Positions 29,408 through 39,089 of a stretch of 64,000 bases of DNA are shown here, one piece after another. The DNA is from Candidatus Bathyarchaeota archaeon (GTDB lineage Archaea; Thermoproteota; Bathyarchaeia; Bathyarchaeales; Bathycorpusculaceae). The notes below the pieces were generated by a model, which saw only the letters and a program-made list of their open reading frames with translations, ran no database searches and was not told the DNA's origin. Every line of letters begins with the position of its first letter. Positions within the stretch are counted from its first letter, which is position 1. The position numbers and the translations under genes are program-made. Location of the stretch: assembly GCA_963815095.1 (NCBI GenBank), contig CAWFFH010000003.1, positions 576,001-640,000 on the forward strand, in the 5' to 3' direction.

Positions 29408-31039
29408 ATGGTTGAGTTCTCGAACAGTTTTACCAACGTAGAAACAGAAAAAGAGAATGCTAAAGCAGACGTTGAAGAAGATAAAACCCCAAGTTCCGCC
29501 TATTCATCTTGCGATTTAGTGTCTGATAAAGAACGCCTCAAAGACGTCTTAGACAATATTCCATCAGCAGTAATTGTTCTTGAGAAGCCAGATGGCAAAA
29601 TAACCTATGCCAACAAAAGAGCACTTGAACTCCATGGCGTAAACCCATGCGGACTTGAATTAGAAAAGCACGCAGTAAATTTGAAAATATACTCAATGGA
29701 TGGAAGGGTTTGTCCAACTAAAGAACTCTACACGTACAGGGCATTATTTAATGAGGAAACGGTACGTAACGCACCATTAATCCTTGGAAATGCAGATGGA
29801 AAAAAATTAATTGTTAACGTGAGTGCAAAACCACTCTACGACAAAGAAGGCAAAGTAAACGCAGCAATTGCAATTTTTGACGATGTAACTGAGCGCTTGC
29901 AAACTCAAGAAGCCCTCGAGGAAAGTGAGGCCCGATTGAAAATGGCGCAGAGGATTGCTCATGTGGGAAACTGGGAATATTACGTTAAAGAGGATAAAGC
30001 AATTTGGTCTGAAGAGTTATTCTATATTTTTGGTTTAAAACCGCAGCATTTCGGTCCTAACACGAGTGAGTATGTTGCTCGAATTTACCCTGACGATAGG
30101 GAAGCGATAAACAAGTCAATGGAGCAAATGCTCTTTAGCGATGGCTTATCTCATAAAGTTAGCTTTGATTATCGCATCATCCATAAGGATGGATCAATAC
30201 GAACTATTCATTCGGAACGTATGGTTAGAGAAATTGGGGAAGATAGCAAACCAACAAGAATAGTTGGAATAGAACAGGACATCACTACACGAAAGCAGAC
30301 CGAACAAAAACTTGAACAATACGCGAAGAATTTAGAGCAGCTTGTTGAGGAGCGAACAAAACAACTCAAGGATGCGGAACGGTTTGCGGCTATTGGGCAG
30401 ACGGCAGGCATGATTGGTCACGATATCCGCAACCCCTTGCAGGCTATTGCGGGAGAACTTTTTTTGATGAAACAAGATGTAGATAGTTCGCCTGACAGCC
30501 AATGCAAAGGAGAGGTTCAAGAAAGTTTAGTTTCTATCCAAGAACAAGTAGATTACATAAACAAAATAATCTCCGATTTACAGGACTTCGCAAAACCACT
30601 AAAACCTGAATTAGCGGAGGTTGAACTTTGCAGCGCCATTCCTCAGCTAGTTGCAACCGTTAATGTACCAGCAAACATTGAAGCGATGACAAACTGCAAC
30701 AGTGATTTACCAAAAATCAAACTCGATTTAACTTTCCTAAAGCGCATCCTAGTTAATCTGGCAACGAACGCCATTCAAGCCATGCCAAACGGCGGCAAAC
30801 TAACCATAAAAGCAGCTCAAGAAGCCAACTCTGTTTCCATCACAGTTTCCGACACAGGTGTGGGCATTCCAGATGAGGTAAAGCCGAAAATTTTCCAACC
30901 ACTAATGACCACTAAAGCTAAAGGACAAGGATTCGGACTCGCTGTGGTTAAACGTTTAGTGGAGGCTCAGGGTGGCTTGATTACTTTCGAGAGCAAGGTG
31001 GGCGAAGGGACGGAGTTTAAAATGACTTTTCCTAAATAA
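29408..31039 (+). CDS. Cytoplasmic PAS-domain sensor histidine kinase
   Basis: Two PAS domains, HDIRNPL, NAIQA, DTGVG, GFGL. Confidence 0.92.
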   Translation: MVEFSNSFTNVETEKENAKADVEEDKTPSSAYSSCDLVSDKERLKDVLDNIPSAVIVLEKPDGKITYANKRALELHGVNPCGLELEKHAVNLKIYSMDGRVCPTKELYTYRALFNEETVRNAPLILGNADGKKLIVNVSAKPLYDKEGKVNAAIAIFDDVTERLQTQEALEESEARLKMAQRIAHVGNWEYYVKEDKAIWSEELFYIFGLKPQHFGPNTSEYVARIYPDDREAINKSMEQMLFSDGLSHKVSFDYRIIHKDGSIRTIHSERMVREIGEDSKPTRIVGIEQDITTRKQTEQKLEQYAKNLEQLVEERTKQLKDAERFAAIGQTAGMIGHDIRNPLQAIAGELFLMKQDVDSSPDSQCKGEVQESLVSIQEQVDYINKIISDLQDFAKPLKPELAEVELCSAIPQLVATVNVPANIEAMTNCNSDLPKIKLDLTFLKRILVNLATNAIQAMPNGGKLTIKAAQEANSVSITVSDTGVGIPDEVKPKIFQPLMTTKAKGQGFGLAVVKRLVEAQGGLITFESKVGEGTEFKMTFPK

Positions 31040-31124
31040 CCTGAGCTCCCAAGACCACTATTTTTAAGTCTAAGCAAGGTATTTACTATTCTGCCCTTTC
31101 AATTTCTTGGGACAAACAATAGTT

Positions 31125-31203
31125 GGGCTCGTCGTCTAGTACGGATTAGGGCACCGGCCTGCGGAGCCGGACGTCAGGGGTTCAAATCCCCTCGGGCCCG
31201 CCA
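31125..31203 (+). tRNA. tRNA-Arg (GCG), CCA encoded, no intron
   Basis: Acceptor GGGCTCG/CGGGCCC, anticodon arm CCGGC-CTGCGGA-GCCGG, T arm GGGGTTCAAATCCCC. Confidence 0.93.
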
Positions 31204-31493
31204 CACATTCCTAAAACAAATTTAACCGGCAAAAAAACAACCTCTTTATTTCTGTTTTTTATTCGAGGCAAAGCCTGAAATGGTCAGCTGAAAAATACTC
31301 TCTTGCACAAATATGCTCTTCTTCTTATAGACTGGTTACTTCGGAGCCTCTGCGCACCAACGCTGTAGTCTTCTTTCAGAATATTTTGTTGCTCCTATTT
31401 TTGATGCACTACAATTTCGATTAGAAGAAGAAAAAATCGACAATTTTTTTAATGATTCCTTCTTCTTTCAACTTAACACTGAAACTAACAAGA

Positions 31494-31530
31494 AGAACAA
31501 CAACACTACACCGCCATCTGTTGTTGTTCT
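31494..31530. repeat. 12-bp perfect inverted repeat AGAACAACAACA-N13-TGTTGTTGTTCT
   Basis: Directly visible. Confidence 0.7.
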
Positions 31531-31717
31531 CCCGATCAATAAAGCAACCTTTCAACTGGTAGAAGAAAAGCAAATTTTCCAACCTTCTTCTTCTTTTAAG
31601 TTGAGCTTATAAACAATTTATTATGTGATTCATAGGTTCAAGTGCCGGCGCCCCGATACCTCCTTATCGACATGGCACTAAAACGACTATATGTAATTGG
31701 ATGTAGTTTGAGAGCAA

Positions 31718-34114
31718 TTATTTGCTCAACTTTGGTTGGACTTTTGGTTTCTGTTGGCTTTGGATTTTGTTGGCTGCCCAGTAGATAAGGTTGCTTATAG
31801 CTATCGCGAACGCTGGAAATGCAGGAAGTATGTACCATTCTAGTTTGGTTTGGGCAAAAGTGAAGATTAGAAGCACGATTGCCATCCATGCGAGAAGCAA
31901 TGTATCTGCTTTTGAACGCTTAAACACCAAATTAAAAGTGCAAAGTGCAGCGGCAAAAGGCAAAAGAATTGCCCACAGCGTCTCTTTGCTGAATAAATAG
32001 TTGAAATAAAACAGGTAGCCACCTGCATGACCTTCAATAGGGCTCATCGTTCTCGTAAAGCCGCTGTAAACGACAAACCAATTCCAAAAATTTGAGCCGA
32101 AACTAATGAACATGTAACCCAGCCAAGGAGCCAAAAGCAACAGTCCAACGCCCCAAAAAACTGAAAACCGCTTCGCAAACAGGAACCTGATGCTTTTCTT
32201 TGTTACTATGAGGTAACTGAAAAGTATTAAGGGAATCAGCAAAGCCTCAACTTGCTTTGTTAACAAAGCTAATCCGAAAAACAAACCACTTAAAATGACA
32301 TATCGGCTAGTTTTTTTTGTTTTCTCGCTTAAAATAAAAAAGTAAAAACTAGCCGCGATAAAAAAGACAAAGGAAACATCGGTCATGGCATGCCTGGCAA
32401 ACGTATAAAATAAAGTAAATGTTCCCAAAATTAATGCAGATGCAAACCCAACATAACGATTGTAGAGTTTCTTGCCCAAAAAGTAGATTAGAAACAGCGT
32501 TAAAGTAGCAAAAATGGGGCTCCAAAACCTTGTGACAAAGTTGCTAACTCCGAAGGCTTGGTATCCAAGAGATATCAACCACATGTATAATGGTGGCTTA
32601 CCTATCCAAACCGCTAAGCTTCCAAAAGCGTAAGGTGTCACATAGTCTCCACTCTTAATCATGTGAAATGCCCACTGCGAATAAGTTTGCTCGTCGGCAG
32701 CCCAAAGCGGTCCACTACCAAGATTAAGGAAGAATATTGTGGAGAAAACCAGAATGGCTAAAATACAAAGAGCGTCGGTGTGTGCTGAAAACCAAGATAT
32801 TTTTTGGAGAGGGATGTTGATGTTCTGAGGGTTCTTTTTAGCCTGTTTATTTGAATAAGCCAACCGTAGTATTATGAAAAGAACCAAGCCCGCAACGACG
32901 ATTGCGATGGCGTCAAAGGCAATTGTCGTCCAAGCTATAGAATTGTTTGAAGGCATGCTTTCCGGGGCTGATTCAGTTAGTGTAAAGGCATAGATGTGGT
33001 TATCGCTTGAGCCTATATAGAGGGTGTTATTTACAACGGCTGGCGAAGAATCCACAAAATTTTCTGTTGCGTAACTCCATTGTTTTGCCCCTGTAGAAGC
33101 ATTGAAACAATAGATACTATAATCTTCGGATCCCACATACACATTGCCAGCTACAACTGCAGGCGAAGACCGAACCCAATACCCTGTTGGAGTCTGCCAA
33201 ATTTTGGCGCCATTGGAAGCATTAAAACAATAAACGTTGTTGTCCTCGGAGCCAACATAAACGCATCCATAAGCCACGGCTGGTGAGGAGTCCACGCAAT
33301 CTTGCGTTTGATACCGCCAAATTAAATTGCCAGTAGAAGCATTTAAACCGCAAACGTAACCATCGTAAGAACCGACGTAAACATACCCATTGTAAACACC
33401 GGGTGAAGAAATAACACTGCCAGTATGATGGCTCCATAATTTCTCACCTGTTGAAGCATTTATAGCATAGACACAAAAATCGTCCGTAGAAACAAACACG
33501 ACACCATCTGAAACAGCCGGCGAGGAATCCACACGCATGGAAGTTGGAAGAACCCAAACTAAATTACCGTTTGAAGCGTTAAAACAATAAACTCCTTGCG
33601 TCCCAGAACCCACATAAACGCATCCACCCACAACGGCAGGTGAAGACTGAATTGGTCCTCCAACCACCGATACCCAAACTGTCTTGCCAGTAATAACGTT
33701 AATGCAGTAGAGGTTGCCGTCGTTTGAGCCAACGTAGACATTCCCATTATAGATAGAAGGCGAGGAATCCACTACATTTCCAGTTTGGTAGTACCATAGC
33801 AGTTCGCCGTTTGAGGAGTTAAAGCAGTAAATGGCATAATCGTCAGAGCCCACGATAACGCGATCGTTGGATACTGCTGGAGAAGAAAAAATGGGTGCCA
33901 TCGTAGTGAAATTCCATGATAACTTCATTGAATTTGTTGAGCCACTGACTGTTGTATAGCCGCTGTGGTTAGGGTCGTAGTGAAATGTTGGCCAGTCGTC
34001 GGTGCCGGTAGCGGAAGCTTCGGATATAGCGTAGAATTCAGTTGGAATGAGGAAAATAAGTAGGATGATTAGCATCCATTTGAGTTTAGTCATTGCTATC
34101 CTAGCAAACATCAA
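31718..34114 (-). CDS. PQQ/BamB-like 8-blade beta-propeller fused to an ArnT/PMT-like (GT-C) glycosyltransferase
   Basis: Signal peptide, 8 SSP(A)V...VGS repeats; WAADEQTY, KPPLYMW, RHAMTD, LALLTK, YILPAFPA. Confidence 0.85.
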   Translation of the reverse strand: MMFARIAMTKLKWMLIILLIFLIPTEFYAISEASATGTDDWPTFHYDPNHSGYTTVSGSTNSMKLSWNFTTMAPIFSSPAVSNDRVIVGSDDYAIYCFNSSNGELLWYYQTGNVVDSSPSIYNGNVYVGSNDGNLYCINVITGKTVWVSVVGGPIQSSPAVVGGCVYVGSGTQGVYCFNASNGNLVWVLPTSMRVDSSPAVSDGVVFVSTDDFCVYAINASTGEKLWSHHTGSVISSPGVYNGYVYVGSYDGYVCGLNASTGNLIWRYQTQDCVDSSPAVAYGCVYVGSEDNNVYCFNASNGAKIWQTPTGYWVRSSPAVVAGNVYVGSEDYSIYCFNASTGAKQWSYATENFVDSSPAVVNNTLYIGSSDNHIYAFTLTESAPESMPSNNSIAWTTIAFDAIAIVVAGLVLFIILRLAYSNKQAKKNPQNINIPLQKISWFSAHTDALCILAILVFSTIFFLNLGSGPLWAADEQTYSQWAFHMIKSGDYVTPYAFGSLAVWIGKPPLYMWLISLGYQAFGVSNFVTRFWSPIFATLTLFLIYFLGKKLYNRYVGFASALILGTFTLFYTFARHAMTDVSFVFFIAASFYFFILSEKTKKTSRYVILSGLFFGLALLTKQVEALLIPLILFSYLIVTKKSIRFLFAKRFSVFWGVGLLLLAPWLGYMFISFGSNFWNWFVVYSGFTRTMSPIEGHAGGYLFYFNYLFSKETLWAILLPFAAALCTFNLVFKRSKADTLLLAWMAIVLLIFTFAQTKLEWYILPAFPAFAIAISNLIYWAANKIQSQQKPKVQPKLSK

Positions 34115-34197
34115 TTTTGATTTATAGTGTATATTAAACTATTCAACTTCGAGAGCCAACTGTCTTGGAATCCAAGTTTTGCTGATGGATAAAAAAA

Positions 34198-36378
34198 TTA
34201 GGGAGAGTTAATGACTCTTGTGTTATAAGTTTGCAGGTACGCTTTGTGAGCCGCGTCGTAAGGGTAACTTTCGGTTGTCGGATAAGGGAAGCTGGTCATT
34301 GCTTGGAACGGCAGCGGGCTCACCGTAAACGGCATATACGAGAGACCATTCCCCTTAAACCAGCAGTTGGCAACTAAGAAGTAGTCCCGAACCATGCCCG
34401 ATGGAATAGGTGTGTTGTCAACTGGGAACTGTAGGGCAACTGAGTCGCCTTCCCTTCCAATGACAAATTTGTCATCAGCTAACTGCATAAGCGGCAAAGC
34501 ATCGCCGTAACTGGTGAAGGCACCCGAAGAGTTTGAGTTTGTGGGAAATTCTTGCTGAAGGTTTGCGTATGTTGGATAAATGTCGCGAATATTTGTTCCC
34601 TGTTGGGATGTTGTGTCAACGCCGATGTAATCAAAGCGGATATCTTGGTAAGTGTTAATTCTCAACTCATAATTGTTAGTTGGAAACAGCCCTGTCAAAT
34701 TCACAACAAACGTTTGATCCGTAACATCAGGCAACGGGAATTGACGGTTGTCAGGTACTCTTATCCAGCTTCCGTTGGCGGCTTTAACTTCCATAAAAGG
34801 CGGCGGCGAAGGTGTCTGTCCAGGTTGATTGGCGTACTTCATAAAGTTGGTTCCGCCTGCGGCGGTCGTGGGCCAAACAATTTTAGCATCAACGACAAGT
34901 TTTATTTCTTTAGCTGCAGATAGGTCACCAAGATTAAGGGTTATATTGTTCCATTGCCATCTGGTTCCAGTCGCATAGTTACCGTCAACTTTTGATATAA
35001 TTGGAAGAACGTTTTGTCCTGAACCGTTAACTGCCGAAACCGGCGATGAAGGGTTTTTGTTCACCGTATAAATGGTTCCCTGATTGGAGAGATGGTAGAT
35101 GAAGGTGCTGGTTGTTGAGAACACATTGGTATTTGCGGGGTGATCAACGGCTACGAGTTTGGCTGAATCGATGTAGAATATTTCGTCGCCCATTTCGGTT
35201 ATTTTCATCTTATAAAAGCCATTTTGGGCTTTGAGCATTGAAGAGTCCAGTTTTATGTAGTCTGTTGGGTAATTGTAGGAGAAAACCATTGTCCCATCGG
35301 TTTGGAAGTGGTCTAAATATCCAAGCCACCCTGCCCCGTCAGAAACCTCAGCTGTATAACCATAATCGGTTCCGTTCCAAACAAATAGTGACGGGCAGGA
35401 GCCTGTTGGCGAAACTATTCGGACATAGTTCACGATTGCATATGTCTCTTTTTGGACATCCAAGGTTCGGGTGGTTGAGGCTGTTCCATCATTCCAACCG
35501 GCAAAACCAAAAGGAACTACTCCCCAACCGCCAATTTGAATTTTTTCAGGGTCTGGAAAAACGATGGTATGGGATCCAACCTCAACCAACTCTGAGAAAG
35601 GCGTGGTTTTAGTTTCCCCATCTAAGGTGAAAGTAAAGCCGACTCGAGTCGCAATAACATGTAAGGTATGTTTGCCTGCTTCCACTATCTTTAAGGTGCC
35701 TCCTTGTCCTCCCGCGGTCACTCTGTAGCTTCCTGTTGCGCTTTCCGATATTGTGGCTAACACGGTTTGGAAAGCATGAGGTGCAAGGTCCACTTGAACT
35801 CTCGAATATGGTGCCCCGTTCACGTTAAAAGGCAAAGCAAATGAGACAGCATCGGATGCTGTGTTTTGCACGTCGATTGTAACGTTGACTTCTTGGTTAG
35901 GCCAGGCTTCAGTAGGGGCTAAGAATAAATTAGAAAACTTAAGTGATTCAGGTAAAGCTGCAGGTTGGGCTAAAACTGTAAATACCGTACTTTGATCGGC
36001 AATTGTCACGTTATAAGTGCCGATGATGGATTCGGTGAAGTTAAATTTGACTTGCTGGGTTTGGTTAACTTCTAATGTTACAGCTTTTGTTTCGGTGACT
36101 GTATCGTTAATGTTCAAATTAATCGTGTAGGTACCCTGCACGGTTCCTATGTTCGCCACTGAAACCGCAACATCGACAGGTTGACCGATACTCGTTTCAA
36201 AAGGGTTTACAGTTAAATTACCCACTTGGAAAGGAGAGGAAACTTGGGTTGTGGGGAAAAAGTTGGCTCCATAAGTTTCAACATAATAGAAAGCGCTAAC
36301 TTCCATCATAGCGCCAAGAATTAAAACGCAAAGTAAAATTACGCGTGACTTGTTGAGTGCAGTGCGGGATTTTATCAT
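34198..36378 (-). CDS. Large secreted/surface protein with CARDB/Ig-like repeats and a GSCP-starting C-terminal domain
   Basis: N-terminal hydrophobic signal, two Ig-like repeats, GSCPSLFVWNG, PLPFQAMTSFPYP, YNTR. Confidence 0.7.
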   Translation of the reverse strand: MIKSRTALNKSRVILLCVLILGAMMEVSAFYYVETYGANFFPTTQVSSPFQVGNLTVNPFETSIGQPVDVAVSVANIGTVQGTYTINLNINDTVTETKAVTLEVNQTQQVKFNFTESIIGTYNVTIADQSTVFTVLAQPAALPESLKFSNLFLAPTEAWPNQEVNVTIDVQNTASDAVSFALPFNVNGAPYSRVQVDLAPHAFQTVLATISESATGSYRVTAGGQGGTLKIVEAGKHTLHVIATRVGFTFTLDGETKTTPFSELVEVGSHTIVFPDPEKIQIGGWGVVPFGFAGWNDGTASTTRTLDVQKETYAIVNYVRIVSPTGSCPSLFVWNGTDYGYTAEVSDGAGWLGYLDHFQTDGTMVFSYNYPTDYIKLDSSMLKAQNGFYKMKITEMGDEIFYIDSAKLVAVDHPANTNVFSTTSTFIYHLSNQGTIYTVNKNPSSPVSAVNGSGQNVLPIISKVDGNYATGTRWQWNNITLNLGDLSAAKEIKLVVDAKIVWPTTAAGGTNFMKYANQPGQTPSPPPFMEVKAANGSWIRVPDNRQFPLPDVTDQTFVVNLTGLFPTNNYELRINTYQDIRFDYIGVDTTSQQGTNIRDIYPTYANLQQEFPTNSNSSGAFTSYGDALPLMQLADDKFVIGREGDSVALQFPVDNTPIPSGMVRDYFLVANCWFKGNGLSYMPFTVSPLPFQAMTSFPYPTTESYPYDAAHKAYLQTYNTRVINSP

Positions 36379-36577
36379 GCTGCCAACTCTCGGTTTTGCG
36401 TGACTATGTTGCCATGCGTATTTATCTTTATTCCTAAACTATTCGTCCTAACTCAAAAAATCTGAAAACCAAATTTGATTTCAAAACATAAAGCATGCTA
36501 TAGTGTGGTTTATGCAAAATCTTATTTAATCCTCATTCAAATAAGGATACTAAATTTTCTCTTAAAGGAGTTATAGA

Positions 36578-37882
36578 ATGTCCAAGCCAAAAGAATACTC
36601 ATGGATGACAAAAGACAAACTAATGCTCTACACTTTTATCGCCTTAGCTATCCTTGCTGGTGTTTCTGCAATTTCTTTTTGGCCAACAGGCATTGTCATC
36701 TCCGTTATTTCGGTGGCGGTTGCTGTTGCCATTGACTTTGGGCTGTCAAAGGTGATGAAAGAAAAAGGCTGCCAAAACACGATGTCCGCCGCTGTTTTTG
36801 GCTTGATTATTGCACTCTCATACTCTTTGGGATTGCCTACAAAAAACACTGTTGAAATCCTGCCTCTTTCAGCTCCTGAAGCCTACTATTTTGTAGCCGC
36901 AATATCCGCATTGGGAATGATTCTTTTAAAGAAAGGACAAAACCTTCTGGGCAGAAAATACGTAAATCCTGCTGCAGCAGCAAAACTTTTGGTTCTTCTG
37001 CCCTTTCTAAACTCCATATTAATTGCCAAAGACCACGCAATTACAAGCTTTAACAATGCAGGCTTGCCTCCCTTAACCAGCTCCATCGGCTACACCGGTC
37101 CAGGCTCATTCTTTTTCTGGATAAACTCTTGTCTGGGCAATTCCTCAGTGAAAACACCTGATGCGTCAGGCGCTTTCTCCATCTTTTTGATCCAGAAATT
37201 TCACGGATGGACAGGCGGTGCTTCGGCTTTAGCCGTTATTTTGGTTGGGGTTGCCTTGTTTGTTGTCTGCCGTAAATACATAAAGTGGCGTATAAGTGCT
37301 GCTTATTTAGGAACTGTTACATTAATGTCGGTTTTGATGTGGGCAGTTTACGGTGGCGATCCACTGCTCAGGTTAGGGTTTGAACTGTTCATAGGAAGCT
37401 CAATTTTCCTGGCGTTTTTCATGATTACTGATCCAGCTACCACACCTTTAACCTATACTGGACAGGCAATATTCGGATTGGGTGTGGGTGTACTTACCGT
37501 GCTTTTTCAGACTTACATGAACTTCCTTGGAGGCTCAATCCTTGCACTTGTCATATTGAACCTAACGACACCATTGTTGGACAACATCGGATTACCTAAA
37601 CCTATTGAAGAGAAGAAAAAGCATGTGCTTCCAAAAGCCAATCAATTTGATAAGGTAACAACTACAGAATGCATCAGATGCGGGGAGTGCATGGTTGCGT
37701 GTTGCCACAACTTAAGCCCGATACTGATCAAAGAGTCATATGATAAAAACAACACCAAAAAACTAACAAAACTTAAAGCCGACCTTTGCGATGGCTGCGG
37801 AAACTGCAGCTACGTCTGCCCAGCAAGAATTGATCTGAGAACCACTATACTGCGAGCAAAAGCGTCGCTACATCAAACATAA
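36578..37882 (+). CDS. RnfD/NqrB-family membrane protein fused to an RnfC-type 2[4Fe-4S] domain
   Basis: NPAAAA, FMITDPATTP; CIRCGECMVACC and CDGCGNCSYVCP. Confidence 0.82.
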   Translation: MSKPKEYSWMTKDKLMLYTFIALAILAGVSAISFWPTGIVISVISVAVAVAIDFGLSKVMKEKGCQNTMSAAVFGLIIALSYSLGLPTKNTVEILPLSAPEAYYFVAAISALGMILLKKGQNLLGRKYVNPAAAAKLLVLLPFLNSILIAKDHAITSFNNAGLPPLTSSIGYTGPGSFFFWINSCLGNSSVKTPDASGAFSIFLIQKFHGWTGGASALAVILVGVALFVVCRKYIKWRISAAYLGTVTLMSVLMWAVYGGDPLLRLGFELFIGSSIFLAFFMITDPATTPLTYTGQAIFGLGVGVLTVLFQTYMNFLGGSILALVILNLTTPLLDNIGLPKPIEEKKKHVLPKANQFDKVTTTECIRCGECMVACCHNLSPILIKESYDKNNTKKLTKLKADLCDGCGNCSYVCPARIDLRTTILRAKASLHQT

Positions 37883-38033
37883 GGATCGAGGGCTATTTGA
37901 TAAAAGGATTAACTTTGGGTCGAACACCGGAATAAAGGACGTAGCAACCCAACACTTTACCTAAATGGCGCTATTTGTTTTTTCATCGTAGAATCTATTG
38001 CTGATCAAAAAATATTGAAAAAGGCTGGTTTTT

Positions 38034-38717
38034 TTATTCTCTACTTGAGAGAACTATAATGTAGTCAGCTGTGTCAGCGCACATGTCTGCTGCTTGTTCG
38101 ATGAACTCGATTAAGTCATCAAAGATAACCATTGCTCCGCAATTGATGCTTTCGCCGTATTTGACGAATAGGCTTTTTGCTTTTAGGTATTCAACGTCAA
38201 TTGCGTGTTCGATGTCGCCTACTGCTTCTGCTTCTTTTATGGCCTCGTTGGGGTTGGATGAGATTTTCTCGATGCTGCCTCTTAGGGTTTGAGCGGTTTC
38301 TACGAGTTTTCCTGTCATGAAAACAGTTTTTTGAGTTAACTCTTGTGGAATGTCAGTTTCAGCAAGCATTTCAAGGCATCTAGCTGCATCTTTAGTGTGG
38401 TCTGCCAATGTATCTAAGCGTTTAACAAGGTGAAGCAAGTCTTCACGGTAATCAGCAACCAATGCTGCACCTTTTGATAGCTCCATAAAAACGTCTGTCC
38501 GAAGAGCATCTACTTCCTCTTCTGCAGTGTACAAGTTTTCAATGTATTTTTTGGATTCCTTAAAATTTTTCTCGGAAAAGGCTTTCGTTGCTTTATGTAA
38601 CCATGTTACGGTGTCAAAAGCCTTCGTTATTTGTTCGTGAGCTAGTTCTAGGCCTCTGGTTTTGCGGCGTTGCTCAAACCAATCGTAACTTTTTTTCTCC
38701 AATAACACCAACTCCAA
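38034..38717 (-). CDS. DUF47 (PhoU-like) phosphate transport regulator
   Basis: EEEVDALR, REDLLHL, IEHAID, ADMCAD. Confidence 0.85.
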   Translation of the reverse strand: MELVLLEKKSYDWFEQRRKTRGLELAHEQITKAFDTVTWLHKATKAFSEKNFKESKKYIENLYTAEEEVDALRTDVFMELSKGAALVADYREDLLHLVKRLDTLADHTKDAARCLEMLAETDIPQELTQKTVFMTGKLVETAQTLRGSIEKISSNPNEAIKEAEAVGDIEHAIDVEYLKAKSLFVKYGESINCGAMVIFDDLIEFIEQAADMCADTADYIIVLSSRE

Positions 38718-39089
38718 TTATTAACAATAATTCAGGTTTGCAGATATAACCCTTCTCTTAAACAGGATTTTCACGTGTTTTCTTAACATTCATATATTCC
38801 CGCCAAAGAGATGTTTTTTAGGTTAAGCAAACATCAATTGCCAAAAGCCAATCCAAAAGATCAGCTTTTTCTGCTTTCACCTGCTTTTTTCCATTTGTTT
38901 TTTGTTTCAACTTTTTCCATCAAACAACTAATTTTGCCATATGGGGTGAATACCATAACTCTTCGAGATTTACTTGCTCCCTTATTCGCATTTTGCAAGG
39001 CACCGCATGCATAAAGAACATTTCTCGCTCAGCCCTATTTAGAATACCCAAAATATTCTATTGAGAACACTTTAGACTATATTGACATA

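Noticed and set aside
32990-33900. ~120-bp periodic nucleotide repeats
   Set aside because: These are the coding beta-propeller blades, not a CRISPR array or DNA repeat element
38034-38717. DUF47 gene without an adjacent Pit transporter
   Set aside because: Stand-alone DUF47 paralogs are common in archaea
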